Positions 1 to 13,223 of a stretch of 60,297 bases of DNA are shown piece after piece. The position numbers were made by a program, and so were the translations under genes. Within the stretch, counting starts at the first letter, position 1. Each line of letters opens with the position of its first letter. The notes beneath the pieces are model-generated. The model ran no database searches and was not told the origin of the DNA. It saw only the letters and a program-made list of their open reading frames with translations. The stretch is from Octopus bimaculoides (Eukaryota), in contig NC_068996.1 of the NCBI RefSeq assembly GCF_001194135.2, positions 9,985,502 through 10,045,798 of the forward strand, written 5' to 3'.

Positions 1-200
1 ATTAATTTCATTGTCTTTTGAATTATGAAGATATTTACATCATAAGGGTTTTTCGTTGTAAGGCTTTCTTTTTTAGTTGATTTTCAGCTAGCAAGACATG
101 GCATAATAAGTCACATCCGGACAAGGTCGGGTTATACTGCTAGTATATATATATATATGTAGGGCTAATATATATATATATATATATATATATAGGGCTA

Positions 201-235
<35 letters not shown>

Positions 236-236
236 C

Positions 237-467
237 TATTTCTTTATTGCCCACAAGGGGCTACACACAGAGGGGACAAACAAGGACAGACAAATGCATT
301 AAGTCGATTATATCGACCCCAGTGTATAACTGGTACTTATTTCATTGACCCCGAAAGGATGAAAGGGAAAGTCGACCTTGGCAGAATTTGAACTCAAAAC
401 ATAACAGCAGACGAAATACTGCTAAGCATTTCGCCCGGCGTACTAACGTTTCTGCCAGCTCGACGCC
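237..467 (-). mobile_element. SINE family B (tRNA-like head, tail ending GGGCAATAAAGAAAT)
   Basis: Same sequence as 11571-11804; B-box-like GAGTTCAAATT. Confidence 0.85.
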
Positions 468-503
<36 letters not shown>

Positions 504-530
504 TGTGTGTGTGTATCATATATCTATCAT

Positions 531-1092
531 CTTTTACTTGCTTCAGTCATCTGACTGTGGCCATGCTGGGGCACCATCTTGAAGAATTTTTAGTCAAATG
601 AATCAACCCTAGTACTTATTTTTTTAAAACCCGGTACTTACTTATTCTATGAGTCTCTTTCACCAACATCCTAGGTTATGGGGACATAAACACACCAACA
701 CTGGTTGTCAAGCAGTGGTTGGGGACAAACACAGACACACATAAAATATATTCCAGTGACATGTAAAATGCACCCACTACACTCATGAAGAGGTTGGCAT
801 TAGGAAGGGCATCTAGTCATAGAAACCAAGCCAAAACAGACTAGAACCTGGTGAGACACTCCGGCTCACCAGTTCCAGTCAAACCATTTAACCAATGCCA
901 GCATGGAAAACTGATGCTAAGTGATGATGATACAACAGGCTTCTTTCAGTTTCCATCTACCAAATCCACTCACAAGGCTTTGGTTGTTGTGGGGTCATAA
1001 TAGAAGACACTTACCCAAGGTGCCATGCAGTGGAACTGAACCTGGAAGTATGTGGTTGGGAAACAAGCTTTTTACCACATAGCTACACCTGC
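531..1092 (-). mobile_element. SINE family A (internal TA/CA microsatellite), interrupted by an RTE-tail insertion at about 755-932
   Basis: Family A tail and head flank a plus-strand fragment ending in (GAT)n. Confidence 0.8.
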
Positions 1093-2159
1093 ACACTTAT
1101 ATATACCTAAANNNNNNNNNNNNNNNNNNNNNNNNNNNNNNNNNNNNNNNNNNNNNNNNNNNNNNNNNNNNNNNNNNNNNNNNNNNNNNNNNNNNNNNNN
1201 NNNNNNNNNNNNNNNNNNNNNNNNNNNNNNNNNNNNNNNNNNNNNNNNNNNNNNNNNNNNNNNNNNNNNNNNNNNNNNNNNNNNNNNATATATATATATA
1301 TATATAGCTATATATATGTGTATGTATGTATGTATGTATATATGTTTGTATGCATGTATATAAACCGAAATATTGTGTATGGGTAAAAGACAAACAATAT
1401 TATAAATCTAAAAATTGAAGTTGTAAGAGGATTATGAAAAAGAAAAAAAAAAACTTTAAGAAATAGCATAGTTAAAAAAAAAAGGAAAAGAAAAAATGAA
1501 AAATGTCCCCAAATCAAATGAATGCTTAAAACTATGACAAAAACAATGAATGACAAAAAAAAAAAAATGCCACCAGAAATGATTGATAAGGAATCAAAAT
1601 AGGACTTCTTCATAAATCCATTTTCTTCACTTGATTCTTTCTGTTGTACATATTTCTTTTACGCATTCCTTAGAATATAACTTATAATCTCCATTCTCTC
1701 CATCGATCCCACCCCATGCATATCTCTTTCTCCATTTTCTCTTTTCAAAACATCAAGTTGACTCTCTTAAATCTTGTTATGATACTCCAGATTCTAAATC
1801 TTCAATCACTGTTACAGCTTCTCTCAACATTCTTTTCTAAATTGTTCTACTTCTTAGCATACCTATATATGTGTTTATAGATATGTATGTTTGTATACAC
1901 ACACACACACAATGCACGCACAATACACACACACAATGCACGCACAATACACACACACACATATATACATATATTTATATATGTAGTATGTGTGTAAAAC
2001 ATATATGCATACACATACATACAGAAATACATACATACACATACACACATTTACAACAGCTAACTTGAATGGAAATCCTTTCATTGTTACTGATATCTCT
2101 TAAAAATAGCTTTATAAAAATGTTATATTATTATCTTTATAAGCTTATCTATCTGTCTG

Positions 2160-2214
<55 letters not shown>

Positions 2215-2340
2215 GTCTGTCTGTCTCTCTCTCTATATATTTTTTCAGTTTATTTAGCCATCTGTCAATCTCACTGTATATCTGTTATGCTTGTTTATAC
2301 TCACACACACATTCATATGTATATATATATATATATATAC

Positions 2341-2404
<64 letters not shown>

Positions 2405-4239
2405 TGCACACATTCATTCTTAATTACACATATATGTTGTATGTTAATCCATCAACCTATATGTGCACTCGTCTATATGTCTATCTACATACCTAAACCC
2501 ATTCTCAAATACATTCATAATCTTACACATACATACAAACAGGCACCTCACTTCCAAATCATTCTCTTCTATAATCCCTTTTACTTGTATTATCATTTTA
2601 TGTACAACTTGCACTGTGGGAGATTCTCCCAATAAGCAACTTGGAGATCACAATAATTTCAACACCTTCTGACAACATTTCTGTGCAGCATCGATGCTTT
2701 CATTGAATATCTAGGTTTGTTTTGCCTATACTGTAATATACTTTTTCTTCTCTGTCATCCATGCAGCCAACACACTAAATTGGGTGTAAATGTAATCACT
2801 TTTTAAAACAACTGCCAATTATTTTACTCAGCTAAGTTCTTAAAATTTTGTCTTTTGCTTTTAGCATTGGTCTCTATCTAAATACATCAAGGTGAGTAGT
2901 ACCACTCTGAGGGACCAGTGATGGGGGTTAAAATCAATTAAGAAAAGACAGTAGGCCTACTGCACATCACCTGGTCCTTGTTGTCCAACAGTGTCATGGG
3001 GTACTGGCCGGAAGGAATGGTTAAATTGCTTGGAGATCTGATTTGGTTTAGATCTCCAGTTAGATCCTGGAATGAGGTGACAAACAGGGTAGCCATTTCA
3101 TCTAGAAGTGGGACAAGAGAATGTTGTCCCTAAAATATTGGTCATAGATGGTGAATGCCTACATTGCCTATGTCTTTTATTACCACCTGACTGTAATGCT
3201 TTACCCCAATTCACACCAGATTGGACTGGAGCATCTGCTTATCTGCTTTTTGTTGAAAGGATGCATTCCCCTGGTCAGGAACTCCATTTGCTATGAACAC
3301 TGCTATGCAATGTTGGAGGAATGGGTAAGCTGTGGGTGTTGATACACAGACATACACTGGGGCTGTGATCATGTCAGCAATTTCTTAGTGAACAAATATG
3401 ATCACCATTTGTCAGATGCTTTTTTTCCATAGCTTGTCTCTTTAACAGAGTTGTAATTCTGAGTCAACCAATGACCACCACAAGGTACTTGGCCTCTGGA
3501 AAGTCATCAAGTTCTCACAGCCAATCAGGTAGTGTGGTAGGAAGTTCCATGTTGATGTTCTGCAAAAGAAAAAGCAACAACATTCTCAGGGAAACTCTGA
3601 ACCTTAACGAAAATCAACAGGCCAGTTTTGGACCAAGGCACATGGATTATTTCCAGTTGTTTGTCTATTATCACAGTTAACTTCATGAAATAAATTTGAA
3701 CTCAGCACTACAAACAAACAAAATAATTTATTTTCTAGTGCTGTGTGTCACTAATCAAATTACATCATTGCATTATACAACTTATGTTGCCTGTTTAAAG
3801 ACAGATTGTCTTCTTGGCCATGGACAAAATGCAGTGATTGTCTCAGCTACTTTCTTTATCTATTCAGATCTTCCCAATCATAATAAATCAACTAATTTTG
3901 GTTCAAGTTTCATCTTTTTCAGTTCAACACTTTTAATTCAAAAGAGTTTTTCTTTTTTCTTTTATTTAACATACACCATTTTATTTACAACCTGCTTTCA
4001 CTATATTTTCTGGCAAATATGTCAATGTAGTAAACATGTAGTGTAAACATTCAAACATGATCACTTTCTTTCTAAATCCTGTCACATTTCACATGGAATT
4101 TTTGGTCCTGCAAAGTTGTCAACCAAGCTTTTTTTGGTTGTAAAATTTGACTTATATCCCAGAAAATATGATAGTTCATTAATGTAGAAATAACATAGGG
4201 GTCGTGTCTTACCGAATGAAAGAACTATGGCATGAAGGT

Positions 4240-4501
4240 ACTTGTTATTTACTCTTTTACTTGTTTCAGTCATTTGACTGTGGCCATGCTGGAGCACCGC
4301 CTTTAGTCGAGCAAATCGACCCCAGGACTTATTCTTTGTAAGCCTAGTACTTATTTTATTGGTCTCTTTTGCCGAACCGCTAAGTGACGGGGACGTAAAC
4401 ACACCAGCATCGGTTGTCAAGCGATGGTGGGGGGGACAAACACAGACACACAAGCATATACACACACACACACACACACACGCACACATACACACACAAA
4501 C

Positions 4502-4573
<72 letters not shown>

Positions 4574-4725
4574 GACGGGCTTCTTTCAGTTTCCATCTAC
4601 CAAACCCACTCACAAGGCTTTGGTCGGCCCGAGGCTATAGTAGAAGGCACTTGCCCAAGGTGCCACGCAGTGGGACTGAACCCGGAACCATGTAGTTTGT
4701 AAGCAAGCTACTTACCACACAGCCA
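4240..4725 (-). mobile_element. SINE family A, full length
   Basis: Head AGTGGCTGTGTGGTAAG...GGTTCAGTCCC (A/B-box-like), internal (TA)n(TG)n, tail ...GACTGAAACAAGTAAAAGAG; more than 12 copies in the window. Confidence 0.92.
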
Positions 4726-4794
4726 CTCCTATGCCTGTTTCATCATTATCTGAGATTTAAAGAATGGAAAAAATATAAACTTTATTCACCTATT

Positions 4795-5030
4795 ATGTAC
4801 ATTATTTACATTTGACGGATATTTGTCCTCATCTTGTTTGTTGTTAACAAGTTTCAGCTGATATACCCTCCAGCCTTCATCAAGTGTCTTGGGGAAATTT
4901 CGAACTTGGGTTCTCATTCCTAAGGTATTTTTCAATGTTATTATTATTATTATTCAGGTCACTGCCTGGAATCAAACTCAGAATCTTGGGCTTAGTAATC
5001 TGCACTCTTAACCACTATGCCATATGCCCG
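4795..5030 (-). mobile_element. tRNA-headed SINE with a Penelope-like tail containing a degenerate hammerhead motif
   Basis: Head TGGCATAGTGGTTAAG...GAGTTTGATTCC; tail GACAC-TTGATGA-A-GGCTG...CAGCT-GAAAC at 4845-4890. Confidence 0.65.
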
Positions 5031-5589
5031 TGTACATAATTATGTACATAATTCCTCATCTCTTAAATATAGAACTGTTTTATTCACCCAATTTGATGGC
5101 TGAGTGGAATCTCACTAAAAATATAGCCAAGTCCTGGTTCACTCTTGGACAGGTCCTGTTCATGTGGAACTTCTCCAGCACTTTCTGTATGACCAGGGAG
5201 GGTCTGTACACACCCCTTCCACCATTAAACAGATTACTGGAACTTTGGTTTCCATGACTTGGGATGAAAACTGGAATGGTTTCCCATTGCCTTTTCCAGA
5301 CAGGTGGGATTTGAACTCAGAATGGAGAGATCCATTTCTGCTGATGTGATTCTGCTACTCTCCTATCTGCAGAGCAATGTGAAATGAAATGTTTTTTTCA
5401 AGAACACAATACACTGTTTGGTCTGGGAAACGGAACCATGATTTCAAGATCGTAAGTGCAACACCCTAATCACAGAGCCATGTGCCTTCAGTGAAAGATA
5501 GGAAGATAAAGAATGAATTGTTGAAGATGAATGGAAAACAGCTAGTGAGGGATGTTGTGGAGAAATGGGATAAAATAGTTGAGTCATAC

Positions 5590-6125
5590 CTTTCCTTCAT
5601 TGGACACTAAACTCCGCTTGCGAAGACCTGTTGAGGCAAGTGAAATCGTAATCGAACTAAATTCGACAACTGGCACCCATGCCGTTGTCGTCTCCTTCAT
5701 TGGACAAGAAACTCAGCTTGCAAAGACCTGTTGGAGCAAGCGAAAGCGAAATCATGATGGCACCTGTGCCCAGCATCGCCTTCCTGGCACTTGTGCCAGT
5801 GGCACATGTAAGATATTCGAGCGAAATTGTTGCCAGTGCCGCTGGACTGGCTCTTGTGCAGGTGGCACATAAAATACACCATTTTGAGAGTGGCCGTTGC
5901 CAGTACCACCTGACTGGCCTTCATGCCGGTGGCACGTAAAAGCACCTACTACACTCTCGGAGTGGTTGGCACTAGGAAGGGCATCCAGCTGTAGAAATTC
6001 TGCCAAATCAGATTGGAGCCTGGTGTAGCCATCTGGTTTCACCAGTCCTCAGTCAAATCGTCCAACCCATGCTAGCATGGAAAGCGGACGTTAAACGATG
6101 GTGATGATGATGATGATGATGACTG
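5590..6125 (+). mobile_element. RTE-LINE 3' tail or derivative (family C) with (GAT)n end
   Basis: Internal GTGCC.GTGGCAC repeats; ends CATGGAAAGCGGACGTTAAACGATGGTGATGATG. Similar to 31222-31588 and 50300-50730. Confidence 0.85.
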
Positions 6126-6659
6126 AATGAGCTGAGTGACAGAATGAAGGAGGAAGGAAGTAGATGACCATGAAAGACATGTCTAAAGATGATGGAAGAG
6201 ATGAGAATAAGAATGTATAGAAAATGGTTAAGTGAAGAAGATTGTCATAGAGTCTGCAAGTTGTATTTAACAAGGAAAATGGAATCAAAGCACTTGTTAT
6301 TGTAATCTTTTCTTCTCTCTTTTAATGGTTGGCAGGTTGTCTTGGATTAGAGTGACAATAATGTGAGTGCCATCTCAGCTGGATTCCTGCAAAAGCGGTA
6401 ATGAGCAACACGTAGAAAGAGAAGATGCAACTGATTTTGGCCATTAGTTTGCTTGCAATCATTGCTCTTGAGTTGTATATGCAGCTATTAATCTTTTTTT
6501 TTTTTTGCTCAGAAGCCCAGGTGGAGGATTAAGTAAGGGGTTCAGGTCTGAGAGGGTTAAGGTTACATTATAAGGATCATCTCTGGTACTTGATTTGTAC
6601 TTCACTTCTATATACACCTGAAGAATAAAAAGTAACACTGAGTTCAGTATGATTTGAAC

Positions 6660-6879
6660 TCACAGCATTCAGATTACTCTGTCAAATGTAATGCTTATTT
6701 ATTCACATTGCTTTGAATTAATCAGACATTATCTTGTAGTTTTGAGATTTTGATGGTATGACTGTTTATTTTCAGAATGACATTGCAGGATAGGTTTGAT
6801 AGGTTAGATCTAGCTGGTTTGAACATAAAACGTGAAGTATTCAGACCTGATATGGCCAGTTTGACGGCTAAAAGGTTAA
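6660..6879. mobile_element. M2 MITE, reverse-oriented and partly decayed
   Basis: Reverse-complement similarity to 38547-38767 (AGCATTCAGATT...AATGTAATGCTTATTTATTC...GGCTAAAAGG TTAA). Confidence 0.65.
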
Positions 6880-7516
6880 ATAGAATCTCAACTAACAACA
6901 TATTTTTCTTTATTCAGTTGTTGTCAGTCCACTACTGGTGTATTTTTGCTGGTTTACATCTATCTGTCCATGCCATCCACTTAAGAATTGGATGGCATGC
7001 TTCTGTGATTAGCCCTGGCCATTGATACTTAGGTACAATTTGAACTCAGAACACAAAGATTAATGAAAAGCCACTTGTCTGATGTTCTACCACTTTTGCC
7101 AATCTACTGCCTCTCCTAGACTGGTCCTTCGTACAATGCTGGAAAGATGAAAGCAAAGTTAACCTTAGTAGGATTTGAATTCACTGCGTAGCAGTGAATA
7201 TAATAAACATCACAGTTTTCTGACCAAAGTTCTAACAACTGCCAACATGGTTTCATTAATGTAACAATATGGTGTATGATAAAGCAGATTTAAGTGCTAC
7301 CTGGAGTTAGTCTATCAGTCATGTTGAAGATAGTTTTCTGGTTAGTCTTTTCAGTTTTGAATACATGCTACAAGCATGTCCGCTGCATTCCCCTCAGTCA
7401 ACCAGATGTGTATGTTTTTTGTTTTTCCAGTAGTGAATTCTTACTACAGCTGTCTGCTACATTTCCCCAGTGTCAAGCAATGGTGGGAGACAAAACACAC
7501 ACAAATATATATATAA

Positions 7517-7968
7517 ATGGTACCTGTGCCAGTGCAGTGCTAAGAGCACCGTCCGTGCATGATCATTGCCAGAGCACCAGCTGTCTGGCTTCCATGCCAG
7601 TGACACGTAAATAGCACCATTTTAGCGTAATCGTTACCAGCATCGCCTTACTGGCACTTGTGCTGGTGGCACATGAAAAAAACATTCGAGCGAGGTCGTT
7701 GCCAGTGTTGCTGGACTGGCTCCTGTGCAGGTGGCACATAAAACACCATTTTGAGTGTGGCTGTTGCGAGTACCATGTGACTGGCCCTTGTGCTTGTGGC
7801 ACGTAAAAGCATCCACTACACTCTCTGAGTGGTTGGCGTTAGGAAAGGCATCCAGCTGTAGAAACTCTGCCAAATCAGATTGGAGCCTGGTGCAGCCATC
7901 TGGTTTGCCAGTCCTCGTCAAACCCATGCTAGCATGGAAAGCGAATGTTAAATGATGATGAAGATGAC
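7517..7968 (+). mobile_element. Family C element inserted in a family A SINE remnant
   Basis: Similarity to 5590-6125; family A halves at about 7460-7516 and 7980-8135. Confidence 0.82.
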
Positions 7969-8149
7969 ACACACACATATATAATAACTCTTTTCAGTTA
8001 CCATCTACCAAATCCACTCACATGGCTATGGTTGACTTGGGGTTATAGAAGACACTTGTCCAAAGTACCATGCAGCAGGACTAAACATGGAACCATGTGG
8101 TTGGGAAGCAAACTTCTTACTACAGCCATCCCTGCACCTAGAATTTATT

Positions 8150-8522
8150 CTTTACTTCTTTTACATGTTTCAGTCATGCTGGAGCACTGCCTTAAAGGGC
8201 TTTAGTCAAACAAATTGACCCCAGGACTTACTCTTTGTAAGCCTAGTACTTATTCTATCAGTCTCTTTTGCTGAACCTCTAAGTTACAGGGGACATAAAA
8301 ACACCAACATTGGTTGTCAAGTGATGGTGGGGGGACAAACACAGACACAAACATAAATATATATATGACAGACTTCTTTCAGTTTCTGTGTACCAAATCC
8401 AGACAAAGCTTTGGTCGGCCAGAGGCTATAGTAGAAGACACTTGCCCAAGGTGCCATGTAGTGGGACTGAACCTGGAACCATGTGGTTGGGAAGCAAGCT
8501 TCTTACTACACAGCCATGCCTG
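8150..8522 (-). mobile_element. SINE family A
   Basis: Similarity to 4240-4725. Confidence 0.85.
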
Positions 8523-8657
8523 AGACTATCTGAATTTTTTGTAAAGCAATTTAATTTTCTTTGTATCAATTAGAATTATTCCATTATTTTTATGCCACTC
8601 TGAATAAAAATAAAAATAGAAAACCATAAACGATATCATTTTGTAATAAATATTTAA

Positions 8658-8663
8658 TTTATT
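8658..8663 (-). terminator. Candidate distal polyadenylation signal for NXN
   Basis: AATAAA on the minus strand followed by U-rich sequence, at the end of a long SINE-poor block that is U-rich on the NXN strand (about 8600-11500). Inference only. Confidence 0.35.
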
Positions 8664-10147
8664 TATCAGAAAATACAAAAAAAAAAAAAAAAAAAAAAAA
8701 AAAATTAAAATAAAATAAAAGTAAAAATAAAATAAATAAAATAAAATAAATAGCAAAGGGTTTATTTCAATGTTCTGATTTTGACATTTATGTAGAAATG
8801 TGATAAAAATATACGGGTAGATCTACTTGTGAAATTACCCAGTGTGATTTTGTGTATACAAAGTTAGGGTTTTCAGAACTGGGGCTTAAGTTTAGGGGCT
8901 TACTTGATAGCTTTCAGGTTGATGACAAGAGTTAGAGTTAGGACTAAACTTCGCTGTTGTTAAGTTTTAAGACTGATAGGAAATAGTAAGAACAGAATGC
9001 ATAGCTTATTTCAGTAGAGGTGTGATAAAAAATATATGAGCAAATCTACCCATATTGATTTCTTATGTTGGTAAATAATATACATATATGCAAGGTGTTA
9101 CAAAGATTTGTCGTCATGTATATCTTGACATTTGTATAGAAACGTAATACAAAGGGAAATGAGTGGGTCTTGTCAAGAATTATCCATAAAGGATTCTACA
9201 AACATTAAGAGGGTTTAAGGGTTTATCATGATTTGTTTACAAGGAAGCTATAGGGGCCACATGGGTTGACAAATAAAATTACAAAAAAAAAAAAAACTTT
9301 GATGAATCTAACCATTAATCTACCTAAAGTGTTACAATACGAGTGGATCTACCCGTGCATCTACCCATTGTGCTTTTTTGTAATTTTTTTTCTTCTTTTT
9401 TTTACATTCGGGTATATATGTGTATTGCATAGAAGCACACTATATGCATAGTATCTTTTGACATTTAGACAGAAGTGTAAAAAAAAAAAAGTCACGGGTG
9501 GATGTACCCGAGGGTTACTTTGGATAAACTTTACACAGCAGTATATATGTGTTGTATACAATAATGCTAATATGCATGGCACATTGTGACATTCAGATAG
9601 AAACTTTTTAAGAAATTTACAGGTGGGTCTGCCTGTGAATCTACTAATGTGGCTTTTAGTACAGATAAATACTTTAAACTAATAGTTTTGCATGTATATG
9701 AAAAGAACAGACGGCCAAGCAAAAAAAAAAAAAAAGCTGTCCATTCTTATACATGTAGAAGTTTGTGTATGTGTGTGTGTGAGACTGATTGAGAAAAAAA
9801 AAAAAAACAGATGAGGAGCATGTGTGTAAGGTATATATTGTGTATCAACTTTAATGTATGTATATGTAATATTAGCTTCATGTGTCTTATATGAATATAT
9901 ATATTAGCATCATGTATGTGTGTTGCTTGAGGACAATTTATACAGGCTTAAGACACACCCTACAGGCATCAGTACCAAGTGTGTTAAGCGTACCTGACAC
10001 ACAATATAAATTACTTTGATGCTCGGGGCATTCGTTCATAAAGAAAAGTTGTGAAAATAGAACCGGGTTTGTCATAGAAAAATCGTATTAGATCAAATTT
10101 GTTGCATGCCATCCAAATGACATAATAAAAAGTACTATTATTAAAGA

Positions 10148-10195
<48 letters not shown>

Positions 10196-11570
10196 ACAGG
10201 ACAGTGGGTTTAGTAGTTAAAATACTAAACATGGAGCCATTAGACTTTGTTCCAGGTTTGACATGGCTACTGTTTTTTTTTGTTTTGTTTTTCTGCACTC
10301 AATGAAATAAGTAACAGTAACTTGTAACATAGTAAACATTCAAAGTGAATGAGGTTACGACAGACATCAATCGATAAAAATGTCAATTAAAAAAAAACAG
10401 AAGAGGTTTCGAGTTTCCCCTCCTTTACTGTAAGCTACCAGATTGGCTTACATGCTATACATGTTTTCATTAAATTAAAAAACAAACAAACAAAAAAACC
10501 AAACTACACATGTTGTAAAGTGATGCAGTGTGACACTTCAAATTCATATCATTATCGATGTAAAAAAAAAAAAAAAAAAAAGCTGTATGTTATGTTCTAA
10601 TCAAAGCATGTACAACATGTATCGCATTAAATAATGGTAAAGGCATGTCCTTCATTAAAATCCAGCATTAGATAGGAAATCTCTGTTTAGAAAAAAAAAA
10701 AAAAAAAAAAAAAGGGCCAGTTCTACTTTTGAAAGCAAAACCAAGGCAAAAATTCCAAGTCTTGTAAACCCTCATCATTTTAGTAATTGTTGTTTTCATG
10801 CAGATATAAATTAGATGACCATAATCTTTCTCTCCCTCTCTCTCTCTAGATACACAAACACACACATACATACATATATACATATCATATCCTCCTTTGA
10901 TGCAAGATCTTTACATTCGTTACTCCTAATATCGCTTTCGTTCAGCCACCACACCATAATTGCTTATCTTTCAATGCAATATGAACCAATCAAACAAACA
11001 CTGGACACTATATGAAGATTATTGAAGGTTGTCTATTACACAGATGTCATGCAACACAGGAATGGTGCATTGGTTAAAAAAAGTGTTTAACTTTGCAACC
11101 ATGTTGTCCTGGGTTCAAACATACTGCACGAGATCTTGTGCAAGTGTCTTCTATTAAAGACTAGTTCCTTATTATTGGTACTTGGTAGTCTATGCAGACA
11201 CTTCTCTACAGGTTTAAAATTTGATTTTGCTCATGTTATGTTCCTTTAGCTCTTGTAACATTAGTGACTCGAGAAGCAAAGATCGATAAAATAAATACGA
11301 AACTGAAACAGGTACTGGGGTTAATTACAACTACAAAACCTTTGGTCACAATCAGTTCACTAACCAAAACTAGTGCAAGAGTAAGGTTAGAAGAAAACAA
11401 AAATGGACTTCTAAATGTTATACTGAACTGTCAGGTGAAAATAAATGAACAGCATTTGTACCAAGAGCATATGTAAGAATGATTGTGAAAAATTACAAAA
11501 GACAGATAAAGGAAAATATAATTTGATAATTTGCTGTTATCTATTTTGTTGAATACATCATTCAATTCTT

Positions 11571-11804
11571 ATTTCTTTATTGCCCACAAGGAGTTAAACA
11601 TAGAGGGGGACAAACAAGGATAGACAAAGGGATTAAGTCGATTGCATCAACCCCAGTGTGTAACTGGCACTTAATTTATCGACCCCGAAAGGATGAAAGG
11701 CAAAGTCGACCTTGGTGGAATTTGAACTCTGAACGTAACAGCAGACAAAATACCGCTAAGCATTTCGCCAGGTGTGCTAACATTTCTGCCAGCTCGCCAC
11801 CTTC
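11571..11804 (-). mobile_element. SINE family B with 16-bp TSD
   Basis: TSD ACATCATTCAATTCTT at 11555-11570 and 11805-11820. Confidence 0.92.
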
Positions 11805-13223
11805 ACATCATTCAATTCTTGTTCACAGAAGCTATTTTAGGGTGTTCTGAACATCCTTTCTTTAAACCCTCATTTGCATCTACTTTTGTTACCATTTATA
11901 AGCTCTTGTGAATTTTTTTTTTTTTTTTTTGGTGCAATCTTTTTAATTTTACTTAGATTTCTACATTAGCCTTTTTAATACTAATCTACTCAAGACCACT
12001 TTTGATTCTATGATACAAATTTCTTGTTGTAAAATGGTCAAAAATTAAAACCAAATATCAAAATTCCATATTGATTTATGTTTCAAACAGCAGTTTAATA
12101 ATGACAAAAATTATTTTATCAAATTCTTCATTTCGAAACTGAAACAAAAGCAGTATACTTCAACTAAAAGCAAAAGTTAAATAAACTACGAACACCCTCA
12201 AATTCCTTACCATTCTCTTTCCATAAATACTTGTAGCCATCCTTCAGATTTACATTCATTTAGCAGACCAGTATTATGATTATTACATTTTTTCTCCCAT
12301 TTCACTCTTACACTTGTCATCTATTCTAACTTTCATACAAATGGAGGGGAGAGAAAGAGTATTTGTCATCATCAAAAGCAAAAGTTTCTGAGTCATAAAA
12401 ATTCAAACCCATCAAATCTCAGCTTCCACTGGCTATCTATTTCTAAATAGTTATCTATCCAGTCAACAGTTGGTCTACTCAGGGCTTTTGTAATCCCTAC
12501 CACAACTTTTTCACTTTGCTTTAATGCAATTTTCCACCAGCTGCTCAGTAGTAGTAAAAACTGGGGTATTTTACCTGTTATATTGCAAATATTCGGGATA
12601 GGTAGCTGATAAAGAGATCAGAGAAACAATAAACATTTCTTAAGATGTTTTCAATGTCTTCCCATCTAAACGTTATAACAAAAATATTTCAGAGTCAGTG
12701 ACTCAAATCATATGTCCCTAACCTGATATTGGCACACATTAAAAAAAACAAAAACAGAAGGAAAAAGGTCTTCAAAATAAAGATACAAGCCAAGACTGCT
12801 GTTTCACATCAGTTAGGAATATCAGGACATTTACGCCTAGACTCGAAATGAATCATTCAGAAACCTCACAGTCAGACAATCAATCTACATACAGAATACT
12901 GTTGACAACCACCCACCTTTCACTTTTCTACAAAATCAATAGTAGACATTTGCAAACCATCAACCACAAACAGCCATCCTCTCTCTCTCATCCAACTAAC
13001 CACCATCTTATATTGGGTCTCTCAGATTCAAATACGTTAAACAACCTCATTTTCTGAACTTTTGTATGTTAGAAAAAAAAAAAATTTTTTTAAATGTAAT
13101 CAGGAGATATTGTTTTGAACCACACCCTATCAAGAACTTGATGATATTTTCACACCATACAGCCACATATATACCAATGCAAGTACGAGTGGTTGTCTTG
13201 TCCTTTCACACTGGTAATGCCGT

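Noticed and set aside
1615-1862. Possible CR1 LINE C-terminal remnant on the minus strand (LRE...EKRKWR)
   Set aside because: The resemblance is too weak to support without alignment.
2880-3430. GC-richer block possibly of LINE origin
   Set aside because: No motif I could assign confidently on either strand.
5755-5945. Regularly spaced GTGGCAC repeats resembling a CRISPR array
   Set aside because: Internal repeats of the family C retroelement with the same spacers in every copy; eukaryotic context and no cas genes.
8860-8945. TTAGGG-like words as interstitial telomere
   Set aside because: Scattered and degenerate, not a tandem array.
9944-9990. Small hairpin GCTTAA(GA)CACAC...GTGTGTTAAGC as a possible SECIS
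   Set aside because: The NXN CDS has no in-frame TGA apart from the terminal stop, the active site is all Cys, and there is no clear SECIS core.
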